64,000 bases of DNA from an uncultured Pelagibacteraceae bacterium (GTDB lineage: Bacteria; Pseudomonadota; Alphaproteobacteria; Pelagibacterales; Pelagibacteraceae), in assembly GCA_902594655.1 (NCBI GenBank), contig CACJMW010000003.1, positions 12,403-76,402 on the forward strand. Reading direction: 5' to 3'. Below are positions 51,485 to 60,334 of this stretch, in pieces. The notes beneath the pieces are model-generated. The model had not been told where the DNA came from. It did no database searches and saw only the letters and a program-made list of their open reading frames with translations. Position numbers and translations under genes: made by a program. Positions within the stretch are counted from its first letter, which is position 1. Every line of letters starts with the position of its first letter.

Positions 51485-52413
51485 TGAGAAACTTCATTAA
51501 TCTTAAGGACATTCCAGCCAAAGATTTAAGAAAAATTTTAAATGATGCTAAGAAAAGAAAAAATAATAGAAAAGCATTTAGCACACTAGATACTGACAAG
51601 GATCAACCTCTAAAAGGTAAGTTAATTATTCAAATGTATGAAAAACAAAGCTCCAGAACTCGTCTAAGTTTTTATATTGCAATAAATCAATTAGGTGCAA
51701 ACTCTATAACAGTTAAAGCAAGCGAACTTCATTTAGGAAAAGGAGGAGAAAGTTTAGCAGATACAGCTAAAATTTTATCAACATATGGTGATGGTTTTTT
51801 ATTGAGAACAGATAGTGATAAAAAAATTGAGGATTTTAGTAAGCATTTAAAGATTCCAATTGTAAATTTATTAAGTCCTAATTCACATCCTTGTCAGGTA
51901 CTATCAGATGTATTTACTGTTGAAGAAATTAAAAAGAAATCAATATCTAAATTAAATATATGTTGGATTGGTGACTGTAATAATGTTTTAAATTCATTAA
52001 TTGCCGCATCAGTTAAGTTTAAATTTAATTTAAACATAGGATGCCCAAAGAATTATATACCACCAAAGTTTGTAATGGACTGGGTTAAAAAAAATAAAAG
52101 AAAAATTAATATATTTAACAACCCTCAAAAAGCTGCAAAGGATGCAGATGTTATTTTTTCTGACAAAGTATTTTCTCTTAATGATAAAGGTGATAAAGCA
52201 AAGAAGATTAAAGATTTTAAAAATTATAGAATTAATTCTAAATTAATGAAAGTTACCCGACCAAATTCAATATTTCTTCACTGTCTTCCCAGAGGAAATG
52301 AGGTTTCAGAGGATGTTTTTTTAGGAAAAAAATCTAAAGTATGGCAACAAGCCCTTAATAGAGTCCACGTTCAAAAAAGTATTTTGTTATATAGTTTTGG
52401 AAAATTAAGGTAG
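51484..52413 (+). CDS. argF: Ornithine carbamoyltransferase
   Basis: EK.SSRTR.SF, ESL.DT, HPCQ, GD.NNV, FLHCLP, RG.EV. Confidence 0.92.
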   Translation: MRNFINLKDIPAKDLRKILNDAKKRKNNRKAFSTLDTDKDQPLKGKLIIQMYEKQSSRTRLSFYIAINQLGANSITVKASELHLGKGGESLADTAKILSTYGDGFLLRTDSDKKIEDFSKHLKIPIVNLLSPNSHPCQVLSDVFTVEEIKKKSISKLNICWIGDCNNVLNSLIAASVKFKFNLNIGCPKNYIPPKFVMDWVKKNKRKINIFNNPQKAAKDADVIFSDKVFSLNDKGDKAKKIKDFKNYRINSKLMKVTRPNSIFLHCLPRGNEVSEDVFLGKKSKVWQQALNRVHVQKSILLYSFGKLR

Positions 52414-52950
52414 CGGAAGTGGACTATCTGAATATTTGTTTAAATAAAGAATAACTGAAGCCCTATCTCTATCTTTTCTTAAACCAGCAAAACTCATCTT
52501 AGTACCTTTTATCCACGCCTGGGGTTTTCTTAGATAGCCATTCATTTCATCAAAAGTCCATTGTTTATTATATTCAATTAAAGCCTGGGAATATTTATAA
52601 TCATCTATCGCCGCAACTTTTCTTCCTAGAACTCCGTAAAGAGCTGGTCCAATTTTGTTTGCACCACCTTTTTCAACGACATGACAAGCTGCACATTTTT
52701 TAAAAACTTTTTCTCCATGCGCCAAATCACCCAAAGCTAACAATCCTGCAATATCAACTTTTTCAACTGTTTCAGTTTTTGTTTCAGATATTTGAGTTGC
52801 ATTATCGTTCAGAGGCACCTCAACTTTATAACCAGCAATCTCAGGTTTATCTACATGAAAAACTAGATCAGATATTTTACCAATACCAATGAATAAAAGG
52901 GCAATAAGCAATATAGATGCTATAATTTTATTTATTTCAAATGAATCCAT
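52405..52950 (-). CDS. cycM: Membrane-anchored cytochrome c (CycM/cytochrome cy type)
   Basis: MDSFEINKI N-terminal TM, CAACH heme motif, KIGPALYG, GTKMSFAG. Confidence 0.9.
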   Translation of the reverse strand: MDSFEINKIIASILLIALLFIGIGKISDLVFHVDKPEIAGYKVEVPLNDNATQISETKTETVEKVDIAGLLALGDLAHGEKVFKKCAACHVVEKGGANKIGPALYGVLGRKVAAIDDYKYSQALIEYNKQWTFDEMNGYLRKPQAWIKGTKMSFAGLRKDRDRASVILYLNKYSDSPLPLP

Positions 52951-53018
52951 GATATTTATTTTTTTAAGTCGTATAACATGTAAAAGAAAAAAAATAATGT
53001 ATAATTATTTCTAATTAA

Positions 53019-53033
53019 GCGGCCGAAAGACGC
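53019..53033. promoter_or_regulatory. Candidate RegA/RegR binding box
   Basis: GCGGC-CGAAA-GACGC fits GCGGC-N5-GNCGC; isolated GC patch in the AT-rich cycM/kdsB divergent region. Confidence 0.55.
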
Positions 53034-53048
53034 ATAAATAGTTAATTT

Positions 53049-53786
53049 ATGACTAAAACTATTATTTTAATACCTTCAAGGATGGGAGCTTCGAGGTTAC
53101 CCAATAAACCTCTTCTCAAAATTAATAATAAGCCGTTAATTAGTCATGTTTATGAAAAAGGCCAATCAGCAAATATAGGAGAAGTATATGTAGCAACTGG
53201 AGATAAAGAAATTTTAGATGAAGTTGTTAAAAATAACGGCAAGGGTATACTTACAAAACAAAATCATTTAACAGGCACAGATCGTATTTGCGAGGCATTC
53301 GAGCAACTGAATTTAAATGAAGTAGATTATATTGTTAATTTACAAGGGGATGAACCGTTAATTAATAAGAATGATATTATAAACTTAAATAAAGTAGCAA
53401 TACAAAATAATTCAGACATCGCAACACTGGCCTGTAAATTAGAAAGTAAAAATATTGAAAATTTGAATGTAGTAAAAGTAGTTTGTGATGAAAATATTGA
53501 AATGAATAACTTTTCTTCTGCGAAACAATTTTTAAGGTCTGTAAAAAATGAAAATTCAGCAAATATTTATCATCATATTGGAATTTATATTTATAAAACA
53601 CCCATACTTCGTAAGTTTGTAAGATTAAATCGATCAACTAATGAGAAAAGATTAAAACTTGAGCAATTAAGAGCATTAGAAAATAATATAAGAATCGATG
53701 TAGTTTTCGCAAAATCCCAACCAATTGGAGTAGACACTAATGAAGATTATCTGGAAATAAAAAAACTTATGGAATATAAATCTTAA
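53049..53786 (+). CDS. kdsB: CMP-KDO synthetase
   Basis: IPSR..ASRLPNKPL, TGTDR, NLQGDEP, HHIGIY.Y, LEQLRALE, GVDT.ED. Confidence 0.95.
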   Translation: MTKTIILIPSRMGASRLPNKPLLKINNKPLISHVYEKGQSANIGEVYVATGDKEILDEVVKNNGKGILTKQNHLTGTDRICEAFEQLNLNEVDYIVNLQGDEPLINKNDIINLNKVAIQNNSDIATLACKLESKNIENLNVVKVVCDENIEMNNFSSAKQFLRSVKNENSANIYHHIGIYIYKTPILRKFVRLNRSTNEKRLKLEQLRALENNIRIDVVFAKSQPIGVDTNEDYLEIKKLMEYKS

Positions 53787-53789
53787 ATT

Positions 53790-54617
53790 ATGAAAATAGC
53801 TTACCAAGGTATTCCAGGCAGTTACAGCGAAAGCTGTGCAAAGAAAAATTATCCTGATTGTAAAACCATTTCATGTAAAACATTTGATGAGTGTTTTGAG
53901 ATGGCAAGCAATGACAATAATATAAAAACTATAATACCTGAGTCAAACAAAACAACAGGCAATATTGGAATTGAATACTTAATATTTAAATTTAGACTTA
54001 ATATTTATGCTGAACATTTTTACAAAATAAGTCACAATTTATTAGGCATTAAAGGAAGTAAAATTAAAGATATTAAAGATGTGTACTCTCATGCTCAGGC
54101 TTTAAGTCAATCATCTGTTTTTATAAAAAAAAATAATTTAATCGAACAAGTTAGAGCTGATACTGCCGGGTCTGCAAAATATGTTTCAGAACAAAATGAT
54201 AAAGCAAAAGCAGCAATTGCGTCTAGCCTAAGTGCAGATATTTATAATCTGGAGATTATAGAAAAAGACATTCAAGATAATAAAGAAAATTTTACAAGGT
54301 TCCTACTTATGGGCAAGGATATCTTCCAACCCGAAAATGATGATAAATCTTATGTTACATCTTTTTTATTTAAGCTTAAAAGTAAACCAGCAGCCCTTTA
54401 TAGTGCGCTTCAGGGAATGGCAATTAATGGTATTAACATGATTAAACTTCAAAGCTTCCCTGAAAAAAATTCTTTCTCTTCATATTTTTTTCTATGTGAG
54501 GTTGAGGGACATTTAAATCAACAAAAAATTAAAAATTCTTTAGAAGATTTAAATTATCACTGTGAAGATATGAGTATTTTAGGCGTTTTCGAAGCTGATA
54601 AATTAAGAAAAAAATAA
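53790..54617 (+). CDS. pheA: Prephenate dehydratase with ACT domain
   Basis: IAYQG..GSYS, SHAQAL.Q, DTAGSA, N.TRF, C-terminal ACT domain. Confidence 0.92.
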   Translation: MKIAYQGIPGSYSESCAKKNYPDCKTISCKTFDECFEMASNDNNIKTIIPESNKTTGNIGIEYLIFKFRLNIYAEHFYKISHNLLGIKGSKIKDIKDVYSHAQALSQSSVFIKKNNLIEQVRADTAGSAKYVSEQNDKAKAAIASSLSADIYNLEIIEKDIQDNKENFTRFLLMGKDIFQPENDDKSYVTSFLFKLKSKPAALYSALQGMAINGINMIKLQSFPEKNSFSSYFFLCEVEGHLNQQKIKNSLEDLNYHCEDMSILGVFEADKLRKK

Positions 54618-54661
54618 GATATCATATTGAAGATTTTAAATTATTACTGATATAATAAGAC

Positions 54662-54750
54662 GGGGGCCAGCCAGGTGAATGTACCATGAACTCCCCTAGG
54701 TCTTAACAGAAGCAAGGGTATTGAGTATTTATTCAGGTTGGTTGGTCTCC
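54662..54750 (+). ncRNA. ffs: Signal recognition particle (4.5S) RNA with UAAC tetraloop
   Basis: Terminal stem GGGGGCCAGCCA/TGGTTGGTCTCC; helix-8 core TAGG-TCT-TAAC-AGA-AGCA mirrors CAGG-TCC-GGAA-GGA-AGCA; directly upstream of dnaX. Confidence 0.85.
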
Positions 54751-54758
54751 TTAAATTT

Positions 54759-56099
54759 ATGGATATAAATAGTAAAGTATTAGCTTTAAAATATAGACCT
54801 CAAACATTTAACCAATTAGTGGGTCAACAGGTTATTGCAGAAAGTATTTTTAATTCTATTAGGAATAATAAAATACCGAATGCATACATGTTTTTAGGAA
54901 TTCGTGGATCGGGAAAAACAAGTGCAGCAAGAATTGTTGCTAAAGCTTTGAATTGCGAAAATGGAGTTGAAAATTTATGTACAAAAAATTTTTGTAATAG
55001 TTGCAAATCAATTATTGAAGGAAATAATATTGATATTTTAGAAATAGATGCAGCCAGCAAAACTAGTGTAGACGATGTTAGAGAGTTAATAGAATTTTCA
55101 AGATATAAACCTACATCAGCAAAATATAAAATTTTTATTTGTGACGAAGTGCATATGTTTTCTAAATCAGCCTTTGCTGCTTTGCTTAAAACATTAGAAG
55201 AACCACCCTCATACTTAAAATTTATATTTGCAAGCACTGAAGTTAAAAAAATACCAGTAACCATAATTTCAAGGTGTCAAAGATATGACCTGTCCAGAGT
55301 TAATTCTGAGGAATTGTTTAAGTATTTGGTAAAAATTAAGGACCTAGAAAATGGAAATATTTCTAATGAAGCTATAAAATTAATAGTAAAACTATCCGAA
55401 GGATCTGTAAGAGATTCTTTGTCTCTACTTGATAGAGCCATGTTAGCAGAAAAAGATGGAAATGAACTCGATCTTGCCGCTGCACAAAAAATATTTGGAT
55501 ATTTTGAAAAAAGTATAATCATTGATTTAATTGAGCAAATTTTAAATGGCAACGAAGATAATACACTTAAGTTGTTTAGAAGTATTTATAAATCAGGGGT
55601 AGAGCCTAAAGTTTTTCTCAATGAATTTTTAGAAACACTATATTATCTAAAAAATATTGATTTTATTAATTTAGATGGAAAAAATTTTGACTTAAATGAT
55701 AAGGAATTTGAAAAAATTAAATCATTGTCTAAAAAAATTATAAAAAAAGATCTTCTTTTGCTTTGGCAGTTTACTTTTAATAATCTTGAAAAAATAGATA
55801 TAATAACAAATCAACATCAATTTGTTGAAATGTTTTTAATTAGATCTTTATATTTAAAAAAAATTCTTAAAGGTAAAACAAATTCCAAAATTGAAGGATT
55901 TAAAAATGAATTTAATTTAGATAAAAACAAATTGGAAAACAAAGCTGAACTATATCAGGAAACAGTTGATCAACTCAAAAGAGTAGAACAAGAAGATAAA
56001 ATTGAAACTGTGCCAGAGGTTAAAAATGAAACGCAAGGTATTCAAATCAATACTTTTGAGGAACTAATACAAAATTTTAGAAAAGGCAAAAGAACTTGA
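54759..56099 (+). CDS. dnaX: DNA polymerase III gamma/tau (apparently C-terminally truncated)
   Basis: LALKYRP, G.RG.GKT, EIDAAS, DEVHM, LLKTLEEPP, SRCQ, GSVRD. ATG 54759 used because the ORF-track start lies in the SRP RNA. Confidence 0.93.
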   Translation: MDINSKVLALKYRPQTFNQLVGQQVIAESIFNSIRNNKIPNAYMFLGIRGSGKTSAARIVAKALNCENGVENLCTKNFCNSCKSIIEGNNIDILEIDAASKTSVDDVRELIEFSRYKPTSAKYKIFICDEVHMFSKSAFAALLKTLEEPPSYLKFIFASTEVKKIPVTIISRCQRYDLSRVNSEELFKYLVKIKDLENGNISNEAIKLIVKLSEGSVRDSLSLLDRAMLAEKDGNELDLAAAQKIFGYFEKSIIIDLIEQILNGNEDNTLKLFRSIYKSGVEPKVFLNEFLETLYYLKNIDFINLDGKNFDLNDKEFEKIKSLSKKIIKKDLLLLWQFTFNNLEKIDIITNQHQFVEMFLIRSLYLKKILKGKTNSKIEGFKNEFNLDKNKLENKAELYQETVDQLKRVEQEDKIETVPEVKNETQGIQINTFEELIQNFRKGKRT

Positions 56100-56106
56100 A
56101 AAAAAA

Positions 56107-56373
56107 ATGAAAGAAAGCCAAGAAGCAATTAAAAAAATTGAGGTTATCGGGAACTCGGGGGGCGATCTTGTAAAAGTTAAGCTTAACGGAGAAGGAAATA
56201 TGGTTTCAGTTGAAATTTCAGAAAAGCTTTTAAAAGAGGAAAAAAATATTGTCGAAGATTTAATTAAAGCTGCTCACAATAATGCAAAATCATCTTTAAA
56301 ATCTAAAACATCAGAAGAAATATCTAAATCGGCTGGTAATTTTGGAATACCAGGTTTTAAGTGGCCTTTATAA
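56107..56373 (+). CDS. ybaB: YbaB/EbfC nucleoid-associated protein (N-terminus apparently missing)
   Basis: G.SGG.LVKV.LNG, EDLI.AA.N.A, PGFK.P; dnaX-ybaB-recR synteny. Confidence 0.88.
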   Translation: MKESQEAIKKIEVIGNSGGDLVKVKLNGEGNMVSVEISEKLLKEEKNIVEDLIKAAHNNAKSSLKSKTSEEISKSAGNFGIPGFKWPL

Positions 56374-56378
56374 TATAA

Positions 56379-56984
56379 ATGCAAAATATTTCTGAAATAG
56401 AAGAGTTAATTAAATTAATATCTAAACTTCCTGGTTTAGGACCGAGGTCAGCAAAGAGAATAGTATTAAAGATGATTAATAATAGAGAAGAATTAATAAG
56501 ACCTATGGCAAAAAATTTAGCTGAAGTTTATAAAAACGTATCCAGATGTAAAAACTGTGGATCCTTAAAATCTAACACAATCGGTTGTAATAACTGTGAA
56601 AATAATAATCAAAAGTTTAATAAAATTTGTGTAGTTGAAAATATAGCTGACCAATGGAGCATAGAAGCATCAAGCGTCTATAAAGGATATTTTCATATTT
56701 TAGGTGGAACAATTTCCTCTAATAATTTGAATAAAGATGAACTTTTAATAGGCGCACTTGTTGAAAGAGTAAAAAGAGAAAAAATCGAAGAAGTTATTTT
56801 AGCTACTAGCGCGACAATAGAAGGTCAAACAACTGCCTTTTATATTCAAGATAGTCTCAAAAATATTAAAGTAAAAATTTCCAAACTCGCCCAAGGTTTA
56901 CCAGTAGGTGGCGAAATTGAAAGCTTAGATGATGGAACCCTAATTTATGCTTTTAAAAATAGAAACTCGTTTTCTAAAGATTAA
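56379..56984 (+). CDS. recR: Recombination protein RecR
   Basis: LPGLGPRSA.R, C..C...C..C zinc finger, ICVVE, EVILAT..TIEGQTTA, LAQGLPVGGE. Confidence 0.95.
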   Translation: MQNISEIEELIKLISKLPGLGPRSAKRIVLKMINNREELIRPMAKNLAEVYKNVSRCKNCGSLKSNTIGCNNCENNNQKFNKICVVENIADQWSIEASSVYKGYFHILGGTISSNNLNKDELLIGALVERVKREKIEEVILATSATIEGQTTAFYIQDSLKNIKVKISKLAQGLPVGGEIESLDDGTLIYAFKNRNSFSKD

Positions 56985-59131
56985 TTTTTCTTAATTAGCC
57001 TATTTAAATGTAATAGTGGTTCAGTATAGCCGGATGGCTGATCTTTGCCTTGAAATACAAGCTCGCATGCCGTTTTGAAAGCAATGGACTTATCGTATGT
57101 TGGTGACATTTTTTGGTAAAGCTTGTCGTGTTTATTTTGTTCATCGACAATTTTAGCCATTTTTTTCATTATTTCCAAAACTTGTTTTCTGCTACAAATT
57201 CCATGGTAAAGCCAATTTGTAATTTGTTGTGAGGAAATTCTTAATGTTGCTCTATCCTCCATCAGTCCAATATTATTTATATCAGGTACTTTTGAGCAAC
57301 CTACTCCTTGATCAATCCATCTTACTACATAGCCCAGTATTGTTTGAGCCGAGTTTGAGATTTCATTATTTATCTCTTCTATTGACCAATTTGGTTTCTT
57401 TATTATTGGTATACTTAATAAATCCTCTAATTTTACTTTTTTTCTGTTTTTTAGTTCTGTATGTTTTTTAAATATATTTATATCGTGATAATGAAGAGCG
57501 TGAAGAGCAGCTGCCGTAGGTGAGGGAACCCATGCACAATTTGCGCCATCTTCTAGATGTGAAATCTTTTGTTTTAACATATCTGCCATATTGTCTGGCA
57601 TAGCCCACATTCCTTTACCAATTTGTGCAACGCCTGAGAAGCCACAATGTAAACCTACATTTACGTTGTTGTTTTCATATGCCTTAATCCAGGAAGATGT
57701 TTTCATATCGCCTTTTTTTATCATTGGTCCTGCTTCCATAGATGTATGCATTTCATCTCCTGTCCTATCTAAAAAGCCAGTATTTATAAAAAAAACTCTA
57801 TCCTTCAAAGATCTGATACACTCTTTTAAATTAACAGTGGTTCTTCTTTCTTCATCCATTATCCCACATTTAATTGTAAATTCTTTTAAGCCTAAAATTT
57901 CTTCTACTTTAGAAAATAATAGATTTGTGAAAGAAGTTTCTTCTGGACCATGTTGTTTTGGCTTTACTATATAAATTGACCCAGTTCTTGAATTATTTTG
58001 ATTTTTTAAATCATGAATTGCGCACAAAGAGGTAACAAAAGCATCTAAAATTCCTTCAGGAATTTCAGATCCATCTTGTAAAAGCACGGCTGAGTTAGTC
58101 ATTAAATGTCCTACATTTCTATTTAAAAGAAGGGCTCTACCATGAAGGTTTTCTTTTTTACCACTTTTAGATATATAATTTCTATTTGGATTTAATTTTC
58201 TTATTAATTTTTTTCCATCTTTTTCAAACTCAGCGATAAGATTTTTTTTCATTAGTCCTAGCCAGTTTCTATAACCAATAATTTTATCCGCAGAATCTAC
58301 AGCGGCAACAGAGTCCTCATGATCGCATATAGTAGAAATTGCAGACTCTATTATAATATCAGAGATACCCGCAGGGTCTTCCTTAGCACTAAATGCACTT
58401 GGATTTATAATTATTTCTACATGAAGATTATTATTTTTTAGAATTATTGCTGAAATTTTATCCTTATTAATTCTATATCCAATATATTTTTCTTCATTCT
58501 CAATTTTCACCAATCCATTTTCAGTGTGTAAATTTAAATTGTGATCTTTAATAGATATCTTATCAATTTTTTCCCAAGATGAATTTTTTAGTTTAAAGTT
58601 TTTATCTAAAAACTTTTTTGTATATTTTATTACCTGCAAGCCTCTTTCAGGATCATATCTTTCACTTATAGACTCTTCAGAAGAAATTACATCCGTACCG
58701 TATAAACTATCATATAAACTCATCCACCGAGCATTAGCAGCATTTAAAGCATATCTCGCATTCATTATTGGAACAACAAGTTGTGGACCTGCTATACTTG
58801 ATATTTCTTTATCAACATTTTTTGTTTGTATTTTAAAATCAGGACCTTCTTTATTTAGATAGCCAATTTTTTCTAAATATAATTTATAGTCTTTAAAGTT
58901 AAATTCTTTTTCTAAATTATCCAAATGCCATCTATCTATGTCCATTTGTAATTTTTTTCTTTTTCTAAGCAATTCTATATTTTTTTGATTAAGCTCATGA
59001 CTAATTTTGCTTAATCCTTCCCAGAACTTATCTGGCGATATATCTGTTCCAGGAATCGCTTCATTATTAATAAATTTATAAAAATCTTCTGAAATGGATA
59101 AATTGTGAAAATTTATGTATTTTTTAGACAT
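56981..59131 (-). CDS. glcB: Malate synthase G
   Basis: AGPQLVVP, NAANARW.SLYD, RNVGHLM, KPKQHGP, MDEERRT, FINTGFLDRTGD, GCSKVPDI, MEDRATLRISSQ. Confidence 0.97.
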   Translation of the reverse strand: MSKKYINFHNLSISEDFYKFINNEAIPGTDISPDKFWEGLSKISHELNQKNIELLRKRKKLQMDIDRWHLDNLEKEFNFKDYKLYLEKIGYLNKEGPDFKIQTKNVDKEISSIAGPQLVVPIMNARYALNAANARWMSLYDSLYGTDVISSEESISERYDPERGLQVIKYTKKFLDKNFKLKNSSWEKIDKISIKDHNLNLHTENGLVKIENEEKYIGYRINKDKISAIILKNNNLHVEIIINPSAFSAKEDPAGISDIIIESAISTICDHEDSVAAVDSADKIIGYRNWLGLMKKNLIAEFEKDGKKLIRKLNPNRNYISKSGKKENLHGRALLLNRNVGHLMTNSAVLLQDGSEIPEGILDAFVTSLCAIHDLKNQNNSRTGSIYIVKPKQHGPEETSFTNLLFSKVEEILGLKEFTIKCGIMDEERRTTVNLKECIRSLKDRVFFINTGFLDRTGDEMHTSMEAGPMIKKGDMKTSSWIKAYENNNVNVGLHCGFSGVAQIGKGMWAMPDNMADMLKQKISHLEDGANCAWVPSPTAAALHALHYHDINIFKKHTELKNRKKVKLEDLLSIPIIKKPNWSIEEINNEISNSAQTILGYVVRWIDQGVGCSKVPDINNIGLMEDRATLRISSQQITNWLYHGICSRKQVLEIMKKMAKIVDEQNKHDKLYQKMSPTYDKSIAFKTACELVFQGKDQPSGYTEPLLHLNRLIKKN

Positions 59132-59230
59132 ATTTATTTTTGAGTAGTTTGTTTTAAGAAAATTTTATATATTAGTAAATTAGTAAAATTGAGCCACTTT
59201 ATTGCCTTTATTTTATAAAAGATTGTAATT

Positions 59231-60334
59231 ATGAAGAATTATCTGAATTTTGAAACTGAAGTAAAAGAGCTTGAAGCACAATTAGATGCATTAAAAGATC
59301 CTTTTAGCAACGAGGGAATTACTCAAGTAAATACCAATGAGATTGCAACTTTTGAGGAAAAAATAAATAAAAAACTTGAAAAGATATACGCTAATCTTAA
59401 TCCATGGCAGATAACACAGGTTGCAAGACATGAAGAAAGACCAAAAGCAAGATTTTTTATTGAAAATTTATTTGACGATTTCATAGAATTATCTGGAGAT
59501 AGATTTTATGGAGAAGATAAATCAGTTATCACAGGATTTGCAAAATTTAATAATAAATCTGTTTTAGTAATTGGGCAAGAAAAAGGAGAAAATTTAGAAG
59601 AAAGATTAGATCGAAATTTTGGCATGATGAGACCCGAGGGTTACAGAAAAAGCATAAGATTGATGGAACTTGCAAATAAATTCAATATTCCGATTATTAC
59701 TTTTATTGATACGCCAGGAGCATACCCAGGAGTTGGAGCAGAAGAAAGAGGGCAAGCAGAGGCGATAGCAAGATCAATAGAAAGTTGTATGAAATTAAAG
59801 GTTCCAAATATATCCATCATTATTGGGGAAGGGGGCTCGGGTGGAGCGATAGCTTTAGCCTCAGCTAGCAAAGTGCTAATGCTAGAAAATGCAATCTATT
59901 CAGTTATTTCTCCAGAGGGATGTGCAACTATACTTTGGAGAGATCCTAAAAAAACCCTTGAGGCAGCAACTGCAATGAAGCTTACATCAAAGGAACTGTA
60001 TGATTTAAATATAGTTGATGAAATAATAAAAGAACCTATTGGTGGCGCACACAGAGATAGAGAAAAAATACTATATAACGTAAGTAGTACAATTAAAAAA
60101 TATTTGGACAATTATGAAAGTTTGGATGCCGAAGAAATAATTTTACAAAGGAAGAATAAATTTTTAAAAATTGGAAGAGATAAGGGATTTTCTGTTAAAT
60201 CTGATGAAAATTCTGGACTTTCATTTAAAAAAAGTGAAATCACAATTATTTTTGATAAAATTCTTAATAATAGAAAGTATATTTTAACTGCTATAGTTTT
60301 AACTGCAATTATCTTGATATTTTATTTTTTATAA
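59231..60334 (+). CDS. accA: Acetyl-CoA carboxylase carboxyltransferase alpha subunit
   Basis: ARH.ERP, NFGM.RPEGYRK, IDTPGAYPG..AEERGQ, GEGGSGGA, YSVISPEGCA.ILW. Confidence 0.96.
   Translation: MKNYLNFETEVKELEAQLDALKDPFSNEGITQVNTNEIATFEEKINKKLEKIYANLNPWQITQVARHEERPKARFFIENLFDDFIELSGDRFYGEDKSVITGFAKFNNKSVLVIGQEKGENLEERLDRNFGMMRPEGYRKSIRLMELANKFNIPIITFIDTPGAYPGVGAEERGQAEAIARSIESCMKLKVPNISIIIGEGGSGGAIALASASKVLMLENAIYSVISPEGCATILWRDPKKTLEAATAMKLTSKELYDLNIVDEIIKEPIGGAHRDREKILYNVSSTIKKYLDNYESLDAEEIILQRKNKFLKIGRDKGFSVKSDENSGLSFKKSEITIIFDKILNNRKYILTAIVLTAIILIFYFL

Noticed and set aside
55900-56106. Programmed -1 frameshift (E. coli-type gamma/tau) explaining the short DnaX
   Set aside because: No downstream frame encodes a tau C-terminal domain; the following sequence is ybaB, so a deletion or misjoin fits better.
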